Shown piece after piece: positions 39,064 to 52,471 of a DNA stretch of 64,000 nt (positions within the stretch are counted from its first letter, which is position 1; every line of letters starts with the position of its first letter). The stretch lies in the NCBI RefSeq assembly GCF_006345805.1, contig NC_042999.1:118606001-118670000 (forward strand). The letters are read 5' to 3'. Under the pieces are notes generated by a model. That model worked only from the letters and a program-made list of their open reading frames with translations, had not been told where the DNA came from and searched no databases. The translations under genes and the position numbers were made by a program. The stretch comes from Octopus sinensis. Lineage: Eukaryota.

Positions 39064-40469
39064 GTTCAGTAAGAATGATTCAAACAAGAATAGCAATAAA
39101 TCTTACCTGGTTCTGAAAAAAGTAATGTCAGACAATGTCTTTGTTATCAGTAGACCAACACCTTGACCTATAATGCACTGTACTGCTTGCAGGATATGTA
39201 CACACACACACACATGCATGCACACATATATATACATGGATGTATACATGCATATGTGCATACATTATTTACATTGTTCTGTTAAAACAATATAGGGATG
39301 AATTCCATAGTTATCTTTGTTTATCTCATATCTACAATAGTATTCAAACCATTTTTGTCCATTTATTTTCTATGTTTTATCATTAACGCTGTCTAGGTTT
39401 TTTTTCTCTCTGTTCTACAAAAATTCCATCACTGTCTAGAAAAATAATTCTTCATATCAGTGTGTATGTGTCTATGTATGTGTGTGTAAGTATTTATGCT
39501 TCAAGGCCACAAATGTAGATACATATATTATTATTTCCTGTCTTGCTAGATCAGATAATGAAATCAATTCAATAATTGTTAGCTGAAGATTGATGGAAAG
39601 ATGGAAAGATAAGCCAAAAGAAAAAAGAAAAAAAGTAAATAGTAAACCAAAAATCCATAAATAAATGTAATAGTGACTGAGAAAGGCAAAGATTAATATG
39701 TGTACGTCAATGGTATATTGCAGTTTCTATGTGTTGTAAAGATATTTCAGGCATTTGATAGGTGCATAATATATCTAATTTAGTAACAGACAATTCTGAG
39801 ATTAAATACTGACTGAATGAATATCTACTTATAATTTTCTATAAGTATTTAACTTTTAGTAGTGGAGTAATAATGGTAATCCCCACTGATTCCCTACCTT
39901 TCCCCATCTTCTGCTCTCTCTCTCTCTTTATTTCTCTATTTCTTCCTTCTCTTTCAATCAGTCTATATCGTAATTTAATATGGGTGATGACCTGCTTGAA
40001 TTTTTGCTCTTTGGTGTTTGATGTAGGTTAACAAGGACAAGGAATTTCAGTAGAATCCAGTTTTGAGGAAAGATTAATGAACATTTTTCATCATCATCAT
40101 CATCATCATTGTTTAACGTCCATTTTCCGTGCTATCACGGGTTGGGCGATTTGACCGGGGTCTGGGAAGCCAGGAGGCTGCACCAGGCTCCAGTCTGATC
40201 TGGCAGTGTTTCTACAGCTGGATGTCCTTCCTAACACCAACCACCCTGTGAGTGTAGTGGGTGCTTTTTATGTGCCACCAGCACAGGTGCCAGGGAAGGC
40301 TGGCAACGGCCACGTTCAGATGGTGCTTTTTATGTGCCACCGGCACAGGCATCACAGCTACAATTTCCATTTTTTGTATCAAGAATATTATATTCTTTTG
40401 ATGCAGAAAGCTATTCCATAAATATGTTTGGCAGCTGCATAATCCTATATATGTGGGATTTAATTATAT

Positions 40470-40900
40470 TCTCTATTCCCTACGAAACATAGGCCATGAA
40501 CAACTTACCTCCTCTGTTCTTGACTCTGGGCTGTCTTCCCTGCTGGATCCCTGATTATTCAGCTTTGCCTCACTATACCACTCCAGGTATTTTGAGGGCA
40601 TCCTAACTTCTGTCTCACTTGTAAATTCATATATTTTCCTGATGTAAGGCCTTCCTCTCTCAGGTACTGTTTGTTTTCTGTTATCATTAATGCTTCTGCA
40701 ACTTTGCTTTTTGACCCTCTGCAAACACATTTTTACCTATGGAAAGAAATAATCCATACTAATTTGCCCTTTGTATTTTGACTTGTCCAGCAAGGGACAT
40801 CCTACCATGAGCTTGTGCTCCACTGGCATACCTCTCAGAGTCATTCATGTATACAAGCGAGCACTCTGTCACAAAGACTGGTCCTTGTGTGGTTATATTT
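40470..40900 (-). mobile_element. RTE-type LINE 3' remnant, highly decayed
   Basis: GCPQNTWSG...AQSQEQRR*VVHGLC resembles RTE C-terminal GRPxNTW...AQDRxxWRxVVxGLC. Confidence 0.5.
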
Positions 40901-41097
40901 ATAACAGCACAACTAAAAGGTTGTCTTTCTAATGGTCTGCAACTTTTCCATTTTATAATATAATAGCCACATAGTTTGGGGTTCAGTCCTACTGCTTGGT
41001 ACCTTGAGCAAGCGTCTTTTACTAAAGCTACAGGTCAATCAAGGCCTTGTGAGTGGATTTAGTAGACAGAAACAGAAAGAAGTCTACTGTGTGTGTG

Positions 41098-41131
<34 letters not shown>

Positions 41132-42384
41132 CTAAAACCTGGTGCGCTAAGTAGTCGTAAAGAAATTTTTTCTAAATGTGTCCTCCTCAAGTGCTACCTA
41201 CTGGAAAATTGGAGCTCCCTATTTGCTGGTTAGACTTTTTTGGGTTCTAAAAGGGTTGTTTTAGTCTCTGGTTCAGTGGACAACCCATCCTCATTAGCGT
41301 TCTTATATGTTAAGACATAAATCTTGATTTCTGAGCATTTCCTCACATCCGTGACACAGAAAGTTAAAATTTTTGTCTTTGTATAGAGTCTGATAAGCTG
41401 TCCACAAGGCTTTGATTTTGTGGATACAAAACCTTTGGTAACTCTATGTCCGAAATTTTAATTTTTGTTGTAATATATATATATATATATTTTGGGATGG
41501 TAATTTTTTTTTTTTTTTGCCAAATAACCACATGCACTATATATTCGTTCTTCACTCATTTATTATTGTTCTTATCTTCTCTCATGTTCATTGTCTGGAA
41601 ATCTTTCATCACACATCTGTGACCTCTTCAGCAACTCTTCCATCCACATGTATCTTCCTGTTCTGTTTAGTCCATTCTGTCTTTTTATGACATGTATCCT
41701 TGTCTGTGTCTGTATTTGCATTTGTATGTATATGTGTGTTTGTGTGTGTGTGCATATGAGTGTCTGTGTGCTTTTTATAAATGTGTTTTTATGTGTGTGT
41801 ATATGGGATTGCTTACTTATTGTTTCTAACCATGTTTTATATAGTTTTTTCCTTTGTTTATTTATTTATCTCTATTTCTTATATTTTATCATGAGTATGT
41901 GCATGTTTCTCTATTGTGTATGTATTATACTGCTTGTATCTGTGTCTTTCTTTTTGTTTTTCCCCTCTGTCTCTAGTCATCATGTGTGGTGGTGGGTGTT
42001 CCATTCGTGTATTCTGTCAAGAATTGGGCTGTCTCTTACTGTGTGTGTCGCCTCCATAATCTGTCCTATGTAGTGATAATACCTTAACCACCAAGTTATT
42101 AACTGAGCCTTTATGTTCTACTTGAGTATGTCGGTAGAGCTCTTTGATCTCCCATTAATGTTTACCTATTCACTCTCCTATGCTATCTGCTGTCTCCCTA
42201 GTGTAAGTTGTTGTCTTGTTTCTGCACTATCCCTCAGTACACCATAAGCTATAGACTACTTTCCTAATCTTACAGTTAACCCATTGGTCCATACTACATA
42301 CTGTACAATTGTTCTCTGTGCATAGTGAACTACCAAGTGAATAAGTTCTACACATCAGGGATTTCATGGGGATTCCAGGCCTTT

Positions 42385-42657
42385 CTGTTACTTTAATAAT
42401 AATAATAATGAAATTATTGTATACAGTGCTCAGGTGCCCCACAACTTGTCAGAACTGCGTATGAAGCAAATGTTGTAATGTACAAATGTCTGGAAAGTGA
42501 ATGGTGTATGAGTCAAATACATGCTTGAGTGTGTATGGAGGGGAGAAAATCAGGTGTAGTGTTGGCGAATCTCATGAAGCATGGAAGTTTTGAAGGATGT
42601 AGTGCTCCGACAACTAACAACTGATGCCGGTAGTTTGTTCCATACTTCAGCAACTCT
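42385..42657 (-). mobile_element. CR1/L2-type LINE 3' end with (ATT)n tail
   Basis: RVAEVWNKLPASVVSCRSTTSFKTSM...* then 3' UTR and ATT repeats. Confidence 0.78.
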
Positions 42658-43265
42658 TTAGATTTACCTTATCTAGTGCTTTAATCTGTGAATCTATGGA
42701 TTAAAGTAGCAGAAATGTCAGCAAACCCCATGAAATCCATGATCTGTAGAACTTATCCCTTCGATAGGTCTCAATGTTGTTGTTGTTAGTGAGCACCAGT
42801 ACACTTTAAAAAGAGCTAGATCTACCAATGAATTGCTCTCCCATTTGTACCAGCGGTCTCTTGTATTTTACAGTTGAGAATTTTAACAGTAGTAATGTTG
42901 TATGCATGAAAATGTGGCCCAACAGAGGAGTTGCTCTGCAGTTATTAAATCTGTTTGAAATAACAACCAATTTTCCTTAAATACTGTCTTACTGTTTTAA
43001 ATAAAAGTAAAACATATTGGAAAATCTAGTCCTACTTAACCCCTAAAAAGAAAAGATTAGGTGGCTGCAGTTGGAAAACCTTTGGTCCTGAATATACAAA
43101 CTGTTTTTCATTGCATCCGCCTTAGTAATTGTTATCTTTATTATCCAGAATTTTGTATTTAGTTCTTAATTTTCTATGAGTGAAATGGTTATTGTAGCAG
43201 GAATGTATACAAACATAAAAATTCTTATGTTTCTTTTCTCTAATAAAAACTGTTACACATTACAG

Positions 43266-43382
43266 ATACCAAAGAGTACAACATTATTTGGAAAACCAGA
43301 TCTTCTACGTGGTTCAGAGCCTTCTAATTCAATGTCAACCTTAAATGAGATTTCCGAGTTTTCTGAGACAGCCAGATACAAC
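43266..43382 (+). CDS. GUCY2D/GUCY2F-like: Receptor guanylyl cyclase exon: Ser/Thr-rich linker into kinase-homology domain (117 bp, phase 0 to 0)
   Basis: Acceptor ttacacattacag, donor AAC|gtgagt; open 39 codons IPKSTTLFGKPDLLRGSEPSNSMSTLNEISEFSETARYN, ending at the Y-x|G junction typical of this family. Confidence 0.88.
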
Positions 43383-44431
43383 GTGAGTATTCCAATTATT
43401 CTGTTTTTTTAAACTTACCAAATTGATCTTAGATTGCTTTATTTTTTTATATTCAGAATAAATGGGCTGGCTGTGTGGTAAGAAGCCTGCTCCCCAACCA
43501 CATGGTTCCAGGTTCAGTCCAACTGCATGGCATATTAGGCAAATGTCTTCTACTATAGCCTTGGGCTGACCAAAGTCTTCTGAGAGGATTTGGTAAACAG
43601 AAACTGAAAGAAGCCCATCATATATATATATATATATATTTAGTAAAATAAAGATTCATATAGAATCAGGTACTTGAAAAGATATGCACCAGGTAGGGTT
43701 TGATAAACCTGTGGTTCCAGCCTATGGTTGGTAAGTATCATATAGGATATTCCGGTTGTGTACTCAAAACCAACCCTATGAGTATTTAGCGCCTAGGGGC
43801 TGTTCCAAAGCACGTGTTACATCGAATTGTATGTAGTTGATATACTCTAGTATGTGTGTTTGTGTGTGTGTGTGTATGTGTGTGTGTGTGTGTGTACTTG
43901 TGTTTGTCCCCCACCATTGCTTGACAACCAATGGTGGTGTGTCTATGTCCCTGTAACTTAGCAGTTTGGCAAAAGAGACTGATAGAATAAGTACCAGTGC
44001 TTGAAGGAGAAAGAAAAAAGTACTTCTTATTGAGTCATTCAGCTAAAATTCTTCAAGGTGATGTTCCAGCATGGCCATTATCTTATGACTGAAACAAATA
44101 AGAGATAAGCAATAAAAGATTATTTTACTGGTTGTATACTGTCAATCTAACACGAACGTGACAGTAAGGGGGTATTTTACTATATTTTTCAATATTTCTA
44201 AATATAATAAATTGGTGCAGGTGTGGCTGTGTGGGTAAGAAGCTTGCTCCCGACTTTGTGGTCTTGGATTCAATCCCAGTGTATGGCATATTAAGCAAGT
44301 GTTTTGTACAATAGTCGTGGGCCAAGCAAAGCCTTGTTAATGGATATGGTAGATGGAAACTGGATATCTATCTATTTATCTATCTGTTTATTTATCAATC
44401 TTTCTATCTATCTATCTATCTACCAATCTGT

Positions 44432-44471
<40 letters not shown>

Positions 44472-44486
44472 ATACATACATACATG

Positions 44487-44546
<60 letters not shown>

Positions 44547-46243
44547 TATAGCCTGGCTCAGTGGTTGAAGTGCTGGGTTCCTACACATAAGGTAGTGAGT
44601 TTGATTCCTGGCCTGGACTGTATGATGTGTTCTTGAGCATATTGGTAGAGTTCTTTGATCTCCCACTAATGTTTACCTGTTCACTCCCCTGTGCTTAATC
44701 CTGTCTCCCTAGTGTAAGTTGTCTTTATTTCACGTTACTCCAGATCACTCAGCTGTAGAGTGGTAGGTAGAGGAGAGGCTGGTATGCATGGGCAACTGCT
44801 GGTCTTCCATAGACAATGTTTCCTGTAGTTATGCCTCGGAGGGTTAACTATCTAGGTGCAATCCCATGGTTTTCCTGACCGTAGTCTGGTCCTTTTATTT
44901 CTATGTTCAATTAAAACCTTCAAAGCAGTGCCCCAGAATGATTGCAGTAAATAAAAACTATAAGATAAAAGATATTGTACTATTAATGTTATAAAATGAA
45001 AGCTTAGATTAATCTATTATCATTTTCTGCTCAACTTACTTCCAAAAGACTGGTATACAACTGATATAATAAACGAGAGAGTAATATTCACAAGAACCAA
45101 ATTCCAATGCTTTCAATCTTAATTTTACTAAATGTGCTTTGTTCAATATAATTTCACATTTAGTTGAAGGGAATTTATCGATTTATTTCACACATTTTGT
45201 TATTTTCACTTACATGGATGTTTATGTGCATGTATATATATATGTATGTATGTATGTCTCACACTCTCTCTCTCTCTATCTCTCTCTTCTGCTTCTGTAC
45301 ACACACACACACATATATATATCAGTATATATGTGTGTGTTTATATATATATATATTTCACTTAGCACATGTGGCTCATGCTCACCAAGGAATAGCAATG
45401 TTGTTTTCAAATGCAGGCATGGCACCATGATGAGAAGGATGCTTCCCAACCATGTGACTTTATGTATGGTTCCACTATGTGGCACATTAATGGCAAGTGT
45501 CTTCCATTGACCAAAGCCTAGTGAGTGGATTTGGTAAGGGCTATAGTAAAAGACACTTGTCCAATGTGCCATGCCATAGGACTGAACTCAAATTTATGTG
45601 ACTATGAAGCAAACTTCTTAATCATATATACACATATATATATATAGAGATATATGTATATATGGGTGCATATGTGTATGTATATATGAGTGAGTATATA
45701 TATATATGTGTGTGTGTGTGTTTATTTATACATGAAGTAAAAGCAGCTCTAGTATAATAAATACTGATAAATACTTATACTAATGTATATGCTTTGTGTA
45801 TTATCAATGGCTCTAAGGTGTTTTAACACTGGCAACATGAGAGTCATATAACCTGCTACGACATTGCAGCCACTGGAAAATACACAATGCATTTAACAAT
45901 ATTTATTACATTAGAGCTGTTTTTATTTCCAATGTAAACTTTCTCTTAGGTATGCAATTTCCGAGCATACCAGCTTATGATTTTACAAGCCATGGGCATA
46001 TAAGTTGTTGGATTAGCTAGCTGACTCGCTTTCAACCCAGGTGGGTAGATGGTGTTGATACGCTATAAAAATGGTGAAGCATCGATGTCCATCACTCCCA
46101 AATGGGATTTAAGGTGAGTTATCTTGCCTATTCATGACTCTAAGGTGTTTTAACACCAGCAACATGAGAGTTATATACTCTGCTACGCCATTGCAGCCAC
46201 TGGAAAATACACAGAGCATATACATTAGTATATGTATCTAACA

Positions 46244-46289
<46 letters not shown>

Positions 46290-46520
46290 ATATATATATA
46301 TACATACACATATGATTCGCCATGATAGATTGCTAGCCACTACACATTCTTAATTTTCTCTCCCTGTTTATTTCTGTTTTCCTTTCTGGGGAAGAACAAA
46401 GGTTCGAAACATTAAAGACTTATTCGCTTCCTGAGCATTAAACTAATACTTTTGTTTGTTGTCTACACCACCTGTCTTCATCTTTTGTTTTTTGTGGATT
46501 ATCCCTACATGCATACATAT

Positions 46521-48424
46521 ATATATAATAAATCCCGTTCTGTCTGTGTATGTGTGTAAAAGATTATAATGGCTGTATTTTTCAACTGGGAGCATACATC
46601 ACTTATGCTCCAGGGATGGTTTTAGATTCTTAAAAGTTTTCACATGATGAGTTATGGGCCCCCTAGGAGCAGAAAACATCCAATCCTGGGTAACGTGGAC
46701 AAGGGAGGTAACTCTTTGCAGAATAACTTTCAGGAATTGTCTCCCTCACCTCCATTGGTCATAAAAAAGATATAAAATATTGCTTTTTATATTAGATTCC
46801 CGTCTTTCAAAGTTTAAAAAAATATTTACTTCTGGTTTTCTTGCATCAGTGACATCTATATCTCTCTGTCTATATCTCTTATCCATGTCTCTCTACTTAT
46901 CTCTATCTCTCTATATCTTTCTGTCCATCTCTATATCTATCTGTCTCTCTGTATCTATCTGTCTATATCTTATCTATCTATATGTATCTTATTTGTCTAA
47001 CTAGCTACCTCTCTCTCTCCCCTTCTCTCTACACATCATTCACTCTTTATTGTTTACACTTTCATTTTTCAGATGCTCTTGTTTTCACTTTCAGTTCAAT
47101 TGCTATTGTTTTCACTGTAAGTTTTCAATCGCTATTTCCAAACAACAACGACAAATTACTGACTGAAAGAACTTCACAATTACTGATGAAAGTTATTTTA
47201 TACATTATTTACTGACAGAATTAAATTCATAAATTTCAGTTCAATCTATAGACTTCGTTAAATTTGCCTATAAGCTTCCTATTTACTCTTGCAACGTCTT
47301 GTGGGGTTTTTTTATGGAATTACTCATAAAAGTAAGTTCATAATTTACAGACAGAAGTAACTTCAATAATTTCATTTAAATCCATACACTTAGTTAATTT
47401 CCCTAAAAATTTCTTATTTACTTTTGCAACGGTTTTGTGTTTTTCGGTTGTTAAGGGCTTTTTTCTTGTTTCTTTGATTACTGGATCTTTGGTCCACTGA
47501 CAAATTTCCCTCAACCCGTACAATTCTTTATTTTATGTAAAAATTTCTCATTTACTTTCTGCTCGTCCTATTAAGAAATCTAATTTCTGTTACCCAGTTA
47601 TTTTCATTGTTTACTATCTTCTGTACCCATGTATTTCTGTATACGTATATTACCATGCCTAGAAGGAAAGTTTTAAATTTGTCTGCAATGTCAGGGTCAG
47701 CCAAAAGAATGTCTCTGACCAGGGAAAGAGAGACAGTTTAAAAAATGGGAGCATACCAAGAAACAAACAGCTCAGAGAAGCAACTTCTATGAAGCAGCTT
47801 TCAATTATGATCCAGCAATTCATTATGTAGATGACACTAGAGTTTCCATTGGTGCAATGACAACTGAGTGCATACATTGTAAATCAAGGAAGTGGCCTGG
47901 AGAGACACCTGCACTGTGCTGCAGTGGAGGAAAGGTTAAATTACCTGCAATCCCCCAACCTCCAGAGCCATTGAAGAAACTGTTGTCATCAACTGACCAA
48001 GATTCCAAGCACTTCCAAAGCAAAATTAGACAATACAACTCTGCGTTACAGATGACATTATTTGGAGCCACAAGAGATTTTACTGAGTCAGAATTAATGC
48101 AAAATTTCAAGGTCCAAGGTCAGATTTATGATCGGATTGACTCTCTACTAACTCTGTCAAATGATCACCAAAATTGTTTTGGTTATGAAATAAACTACAC
48201 AAAATGTGTTTTTGAATTACATGTATTTACTTTACATACGTGTATTTGCTGAAAACTTTTAACATTTCACTTAACATCTATGTTCCATGCTGGCAGAGCT
48301 GGAGAGTTATTAATGTAGAAATTCGGCATCTCAGCTACTAGCAGTTGAGACCTGCATAATCTAGAGGGCGTTTTTAAATTTCATCATTCTCTTTAACCCA
48401 GGCATCACTGGGTATTTCTGCTAG
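46521..48424 (+). mobile_element. Helitron derivative with RepHel N-terminus (ATG ~47655)
   Basis: MPRRKVLNL...; CIHCKSRKWPGETPALCCSGGKV...QYNSALQMT; 3' hairpin ACCCAGGCATCACTGGGT then CTAG|T at 48421-48425; same family as 20770-22330. Confidence 0.88.
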
Positions 48425-48442
48425 TGCATATGTATGTATGTA

Positions 48443-48504
<62 letters not shown>

Positions 48505-49942
48505 TATATATATATAGTTTTTGCAGTAATTTTCCTATGTTTGTTGTTCAATTTGATAATCAGGTCATTTAAAATCGCAAAACAAAAATTAGTGCCATGA
48601 AATTAGCACCATTCAAATTCGTTTTTCCTTCATTGAATTCGGTCAAAGAATTTAGCATTTACATCATTCAAATTCAAATGCCATTTGAGAGTATTCAAAT
48701 TAGTCTGAATGTGAGGAAGCATCTTTTCAAGCATTCAGATTCACACATGAGCATTCCACTTTGGAATACGCTTATTCAATTTAACACTAATTTTACAAGT
48801 GTGTTTTTACTCACATTCTAAGAAGAGAATGTTAAAAATGACAAATTTAAATTACATGTTTTGTCATGCAAACATCGTTATGTTGTTATAGGTACAAGGA
48901 AGAAATAAATTACGTGATTCTTTTGTGCACGAAATTCTTTTTCATTGCAGTATTCGTAACATGGGAAAAACTGCAATGTCACTTGTGCGGAGTTTGGAGA
49001 AGTTGGTCTGGTTCATCAGTCCATTGCTGACGATATTTTCAGACAAAACTCTTTCAAAGAGTTCTTGGCAGAAACAGTTCAAGCATGTGCCGACATGTTC
49101 CCAGTGGATGACTCCATCTACTTGGATTGCAGGGAGCTCAGTATGAACGTGTGGCCACTTGTTGTAAATGGATAAATTGAGTCTCTCTCATCAGGGTAGA
49201 AAAACAATCTTACATTTCAGATCATAATGCAGAGAAGTTCAAACATAGAATGATTAGATGTGGGGAGTAAGCAGTATTAGAGGGAGGAAGTAGGAGTTAT
49301 GGGGAGTGTTAAGACAGGGAATGATGAGAGGAGATAAAACATTAGTTTAGGAAGAGGGAGGGGGTTAAGAATGAGGGTGTTAAGGAAGATGGTAGTAGAG
49401 GTGGAGAATTGGGAGTTGAGTGAGAGTGGGATAGGTAGTAATTGAAGAGTGGTTAGTTGTTGTTGTTGGATCTATGTATAGGTGTCAAAGTTTAGGAATA
49501 ATGGCTATAGAATAATGGGAATTTGAGACAGTGAGAAAAGGGATGGCAATTTGAGGGAGGGAAATTGTCTAATTTGGTGGTGGAGGGAGATTAGTAAGGT
49601 ATGTAGAAAGGTATGAGAGAAAATAGAGGGATGTGGACAGAGTAGAGGGTGAGTCAGTGGTCAAGATAGCAGTGGTTAATACTATAATGAAGGTGGGTTG
49701 GTGGTGGATGGGGAGTACTGAGGTGTGAAAAGGTGTATGAAATTGAATAGAAAAGGAGGTGATTAGAAAGGGAGGGAGGGGTCGATAGGTTAGTGGCTAA
49801 TTGAGTGGAATAGTTGTAAGTGTTATTGGTTGAAGAGAGAAATGCTAGAATAGGGAAAAAATACAATTAGTGAGGATGGGGAGGCTGTGAGAAAGGTGGA
49901 TGTGGTAGGTTAGAGGAATTTGCAAGGGTAATCATGAGAAAG

Positions 49943-50171
49943 GTGGCGAACTGGCAGAAACGTTAGCGCGCTGGGCGAAATTCTTAGCGGTATTTCGTCT
50001 GCATTACGTTGTGAGTTCAAATTCCGCTGAGGTCGACTTTGCCTTTCATCCTTTCGGGGTCGATAAATTAAGTACCAGTTACGCACTGGGGTCGATGTAA
50101 TCGACTTATTACCTATGTCTGTCCTTGTTTGTCCCCTCTGTGTTTAGCCCCTTGTGGGTAATAAAGAAATA
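49943..50171 (+). mobile_element. SINE family A, young copy with 16-bp TSD
   Basis: GGTAATCATGAGAAAG duplicated at 49927-49942 and 50172-50187; CpGs intact. Confidence 0.95.
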
Positions 50172-52201
50172 GGTAATCATGAGAAAGAATAATTTAGTAG
50201 AAAGGGTGATATTAGTGGAAGAGATGAGTTGCAAGACTGACCTAGTTGTACCCCAAGGTTAATTATTATTAGGGATAATGATGGTTATGGGATTACTTAG
50301 ATTTAATACAATAAGTAAATGATGAGTAGATTTTGTGTTTACATATGAATGTATGTATGTATGTATGTATGTATGTATGTATGTATGTATGTATGCATGT
50401 ATGTATATATGCATTTATATGTGTATATCATACCAGAGCCTAAAGTGTAAGGTGATGAATAGATATTTATACAAGTTTGTTTAAAATTTTGCATTTTACT
50501 AAGATATTGAGGAACAGATTTAAAGGTATTACATAAAAGAATTCTCCCATGGTTGTATATTCTTTTGTTGTTGCTATCATACTCAGGAAAACTCTGGTAC
50601 TTATTTATTACAGGAAAATAAATATGAATATTTAGCTATATATATGTAGAGATTATATTCCAGAGAATAGATAGTATATATACATATTGTTTATGACTGG
50701 GTATCTGGAGATGTATAGATTCATATAAGGAGTACAACATAAAGAAGATAAAAATGCAAATGCAACTACAACAACAAAAAATAATAACAAATTTTAATAG
50801 AAGAAAGAAACTGCCAGCAAATTCTGAAAAGCAAAGATTGTTGTAATAATAGAATAAACAGTGAAAAGGCACATTGTCATGACAAGCTAATACTTGGAGG
50901 ATGCTTTTAAAGGAATATTTGCTCATATGGCAACAGAAAAAAATCCCCAGAGAACTACAAAGTACAACTATTTCTAACTTAAATATATCATTCACAGTTT
51001 AAAGCAGTATTTTGTAATAAACAGCTATATTCTAACTTACAGCAAAAACCCAATCTCCTTGATAGAATGTTTGATATTTTGTGGACATGATGTTTTGTAG
51101 AAGCTATTAATCTTAGCATATGTAATCTTATTGCAGTGAGAGTAGAATAATAAAGAGTAAGTCAGTGGTGTTATTTGTTTTCTTTAAAAATGAAAATATT
51201 ATTATTGTCATATTTCAGGAAATGAAAAATAAATTATTGATTGAGGAAACTGATGCTAAATCTAAGATCTTTTATTTCTGATGCAATACTTTTGGAAATA
51301 TAGAGGTTGATTTCATTTGTATGTGAACAGATGCATTTGAAGCCAATGAGGAAGCCTCTATATGGTCACATAACTTATTAGAAATAATAGCCAACCATAC
51401 CTTAAATCCTATCTCAATGATTTAGAAAAGAATGAATTGGATAATGTCACCTGGAATTTTTAGAAATACGAAAATGTAAAAGAGAGCATTGGTTTGTTGG
51501 AATGGTTTTTATCTCAGGTCTGCTTAATCAGTGCTGTTCTGGATCTAAACAGCAACAACTACAACTTATTGTAAATAAGTTTCATCCTTCGACTTACTGC
51601 ATTTAATGGCTGAAATGACTCTCTCTCTCCATAGTCTTTAATTTTTCAGCTGGCCAACCTTCAAAGCACCCCACAACCTTTAGAACACTTTTCATTCAAA
51701 AGCCATTCTGACCTTCCCATTTATTCTTGACATGGAATTTTTGTATTCCTTACCAACCACTGCTCGAATATATACCAGTCATCTTGCCTCATTAATGTAC
51801 TTGCAAACTATTAAAAACACACATATGCTACCATAACACTGAAGACTATTATTATATAGCCTAAGGAGATTTCTTCTGCACTATGGGATGCATTCGATTC
51901 CATTATATCATTCCCCAGCCTCTAGGGAGCAGGGCAGATGTTAGCCAAAATGATCATCATGCTTAATAAAGCTTCCAGTACACTGTCTTCCATATTTATC
52001 ATTTATATTTAAATAGATAGGTAAGTAGATAGATAGGTACATATGTTAATACACACACACACAAAAGGAGACAGAAACACATCATCATATACACACACAC
52101 ACTCCACACACACATATAAAGACACACATCCATACATAACAGATGCACATACATAATCACACAAACCAATATACTGTACCTATCTATCTACTTACCTATC
52201 T

Positions 52202-52239
<38 letters not shown>

Positions 52240-52412
52240 ATGATAAATATAGAAGACAGTTTTTTTTTACTTATTATATATTGATAATTCATTTTTATAC
52301 TTTTTGAGATCTAGTTATATGTTTTATAAAAATATATATTATTTGTTATTTATGTTTTGGTTTATGTCTATCACTGTTTGAGTTGCATAATAGTGGTTTT
52401 ATCTCTAATCCA

Positions 52413-52471
<59 letters not shown>

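Noticed and set aside
42874-42960. HENV motif after an acceptor, mimicking LRHENV
   Set aside because: Stops in the needed frames, and it lies upstream of exons that must precede it.
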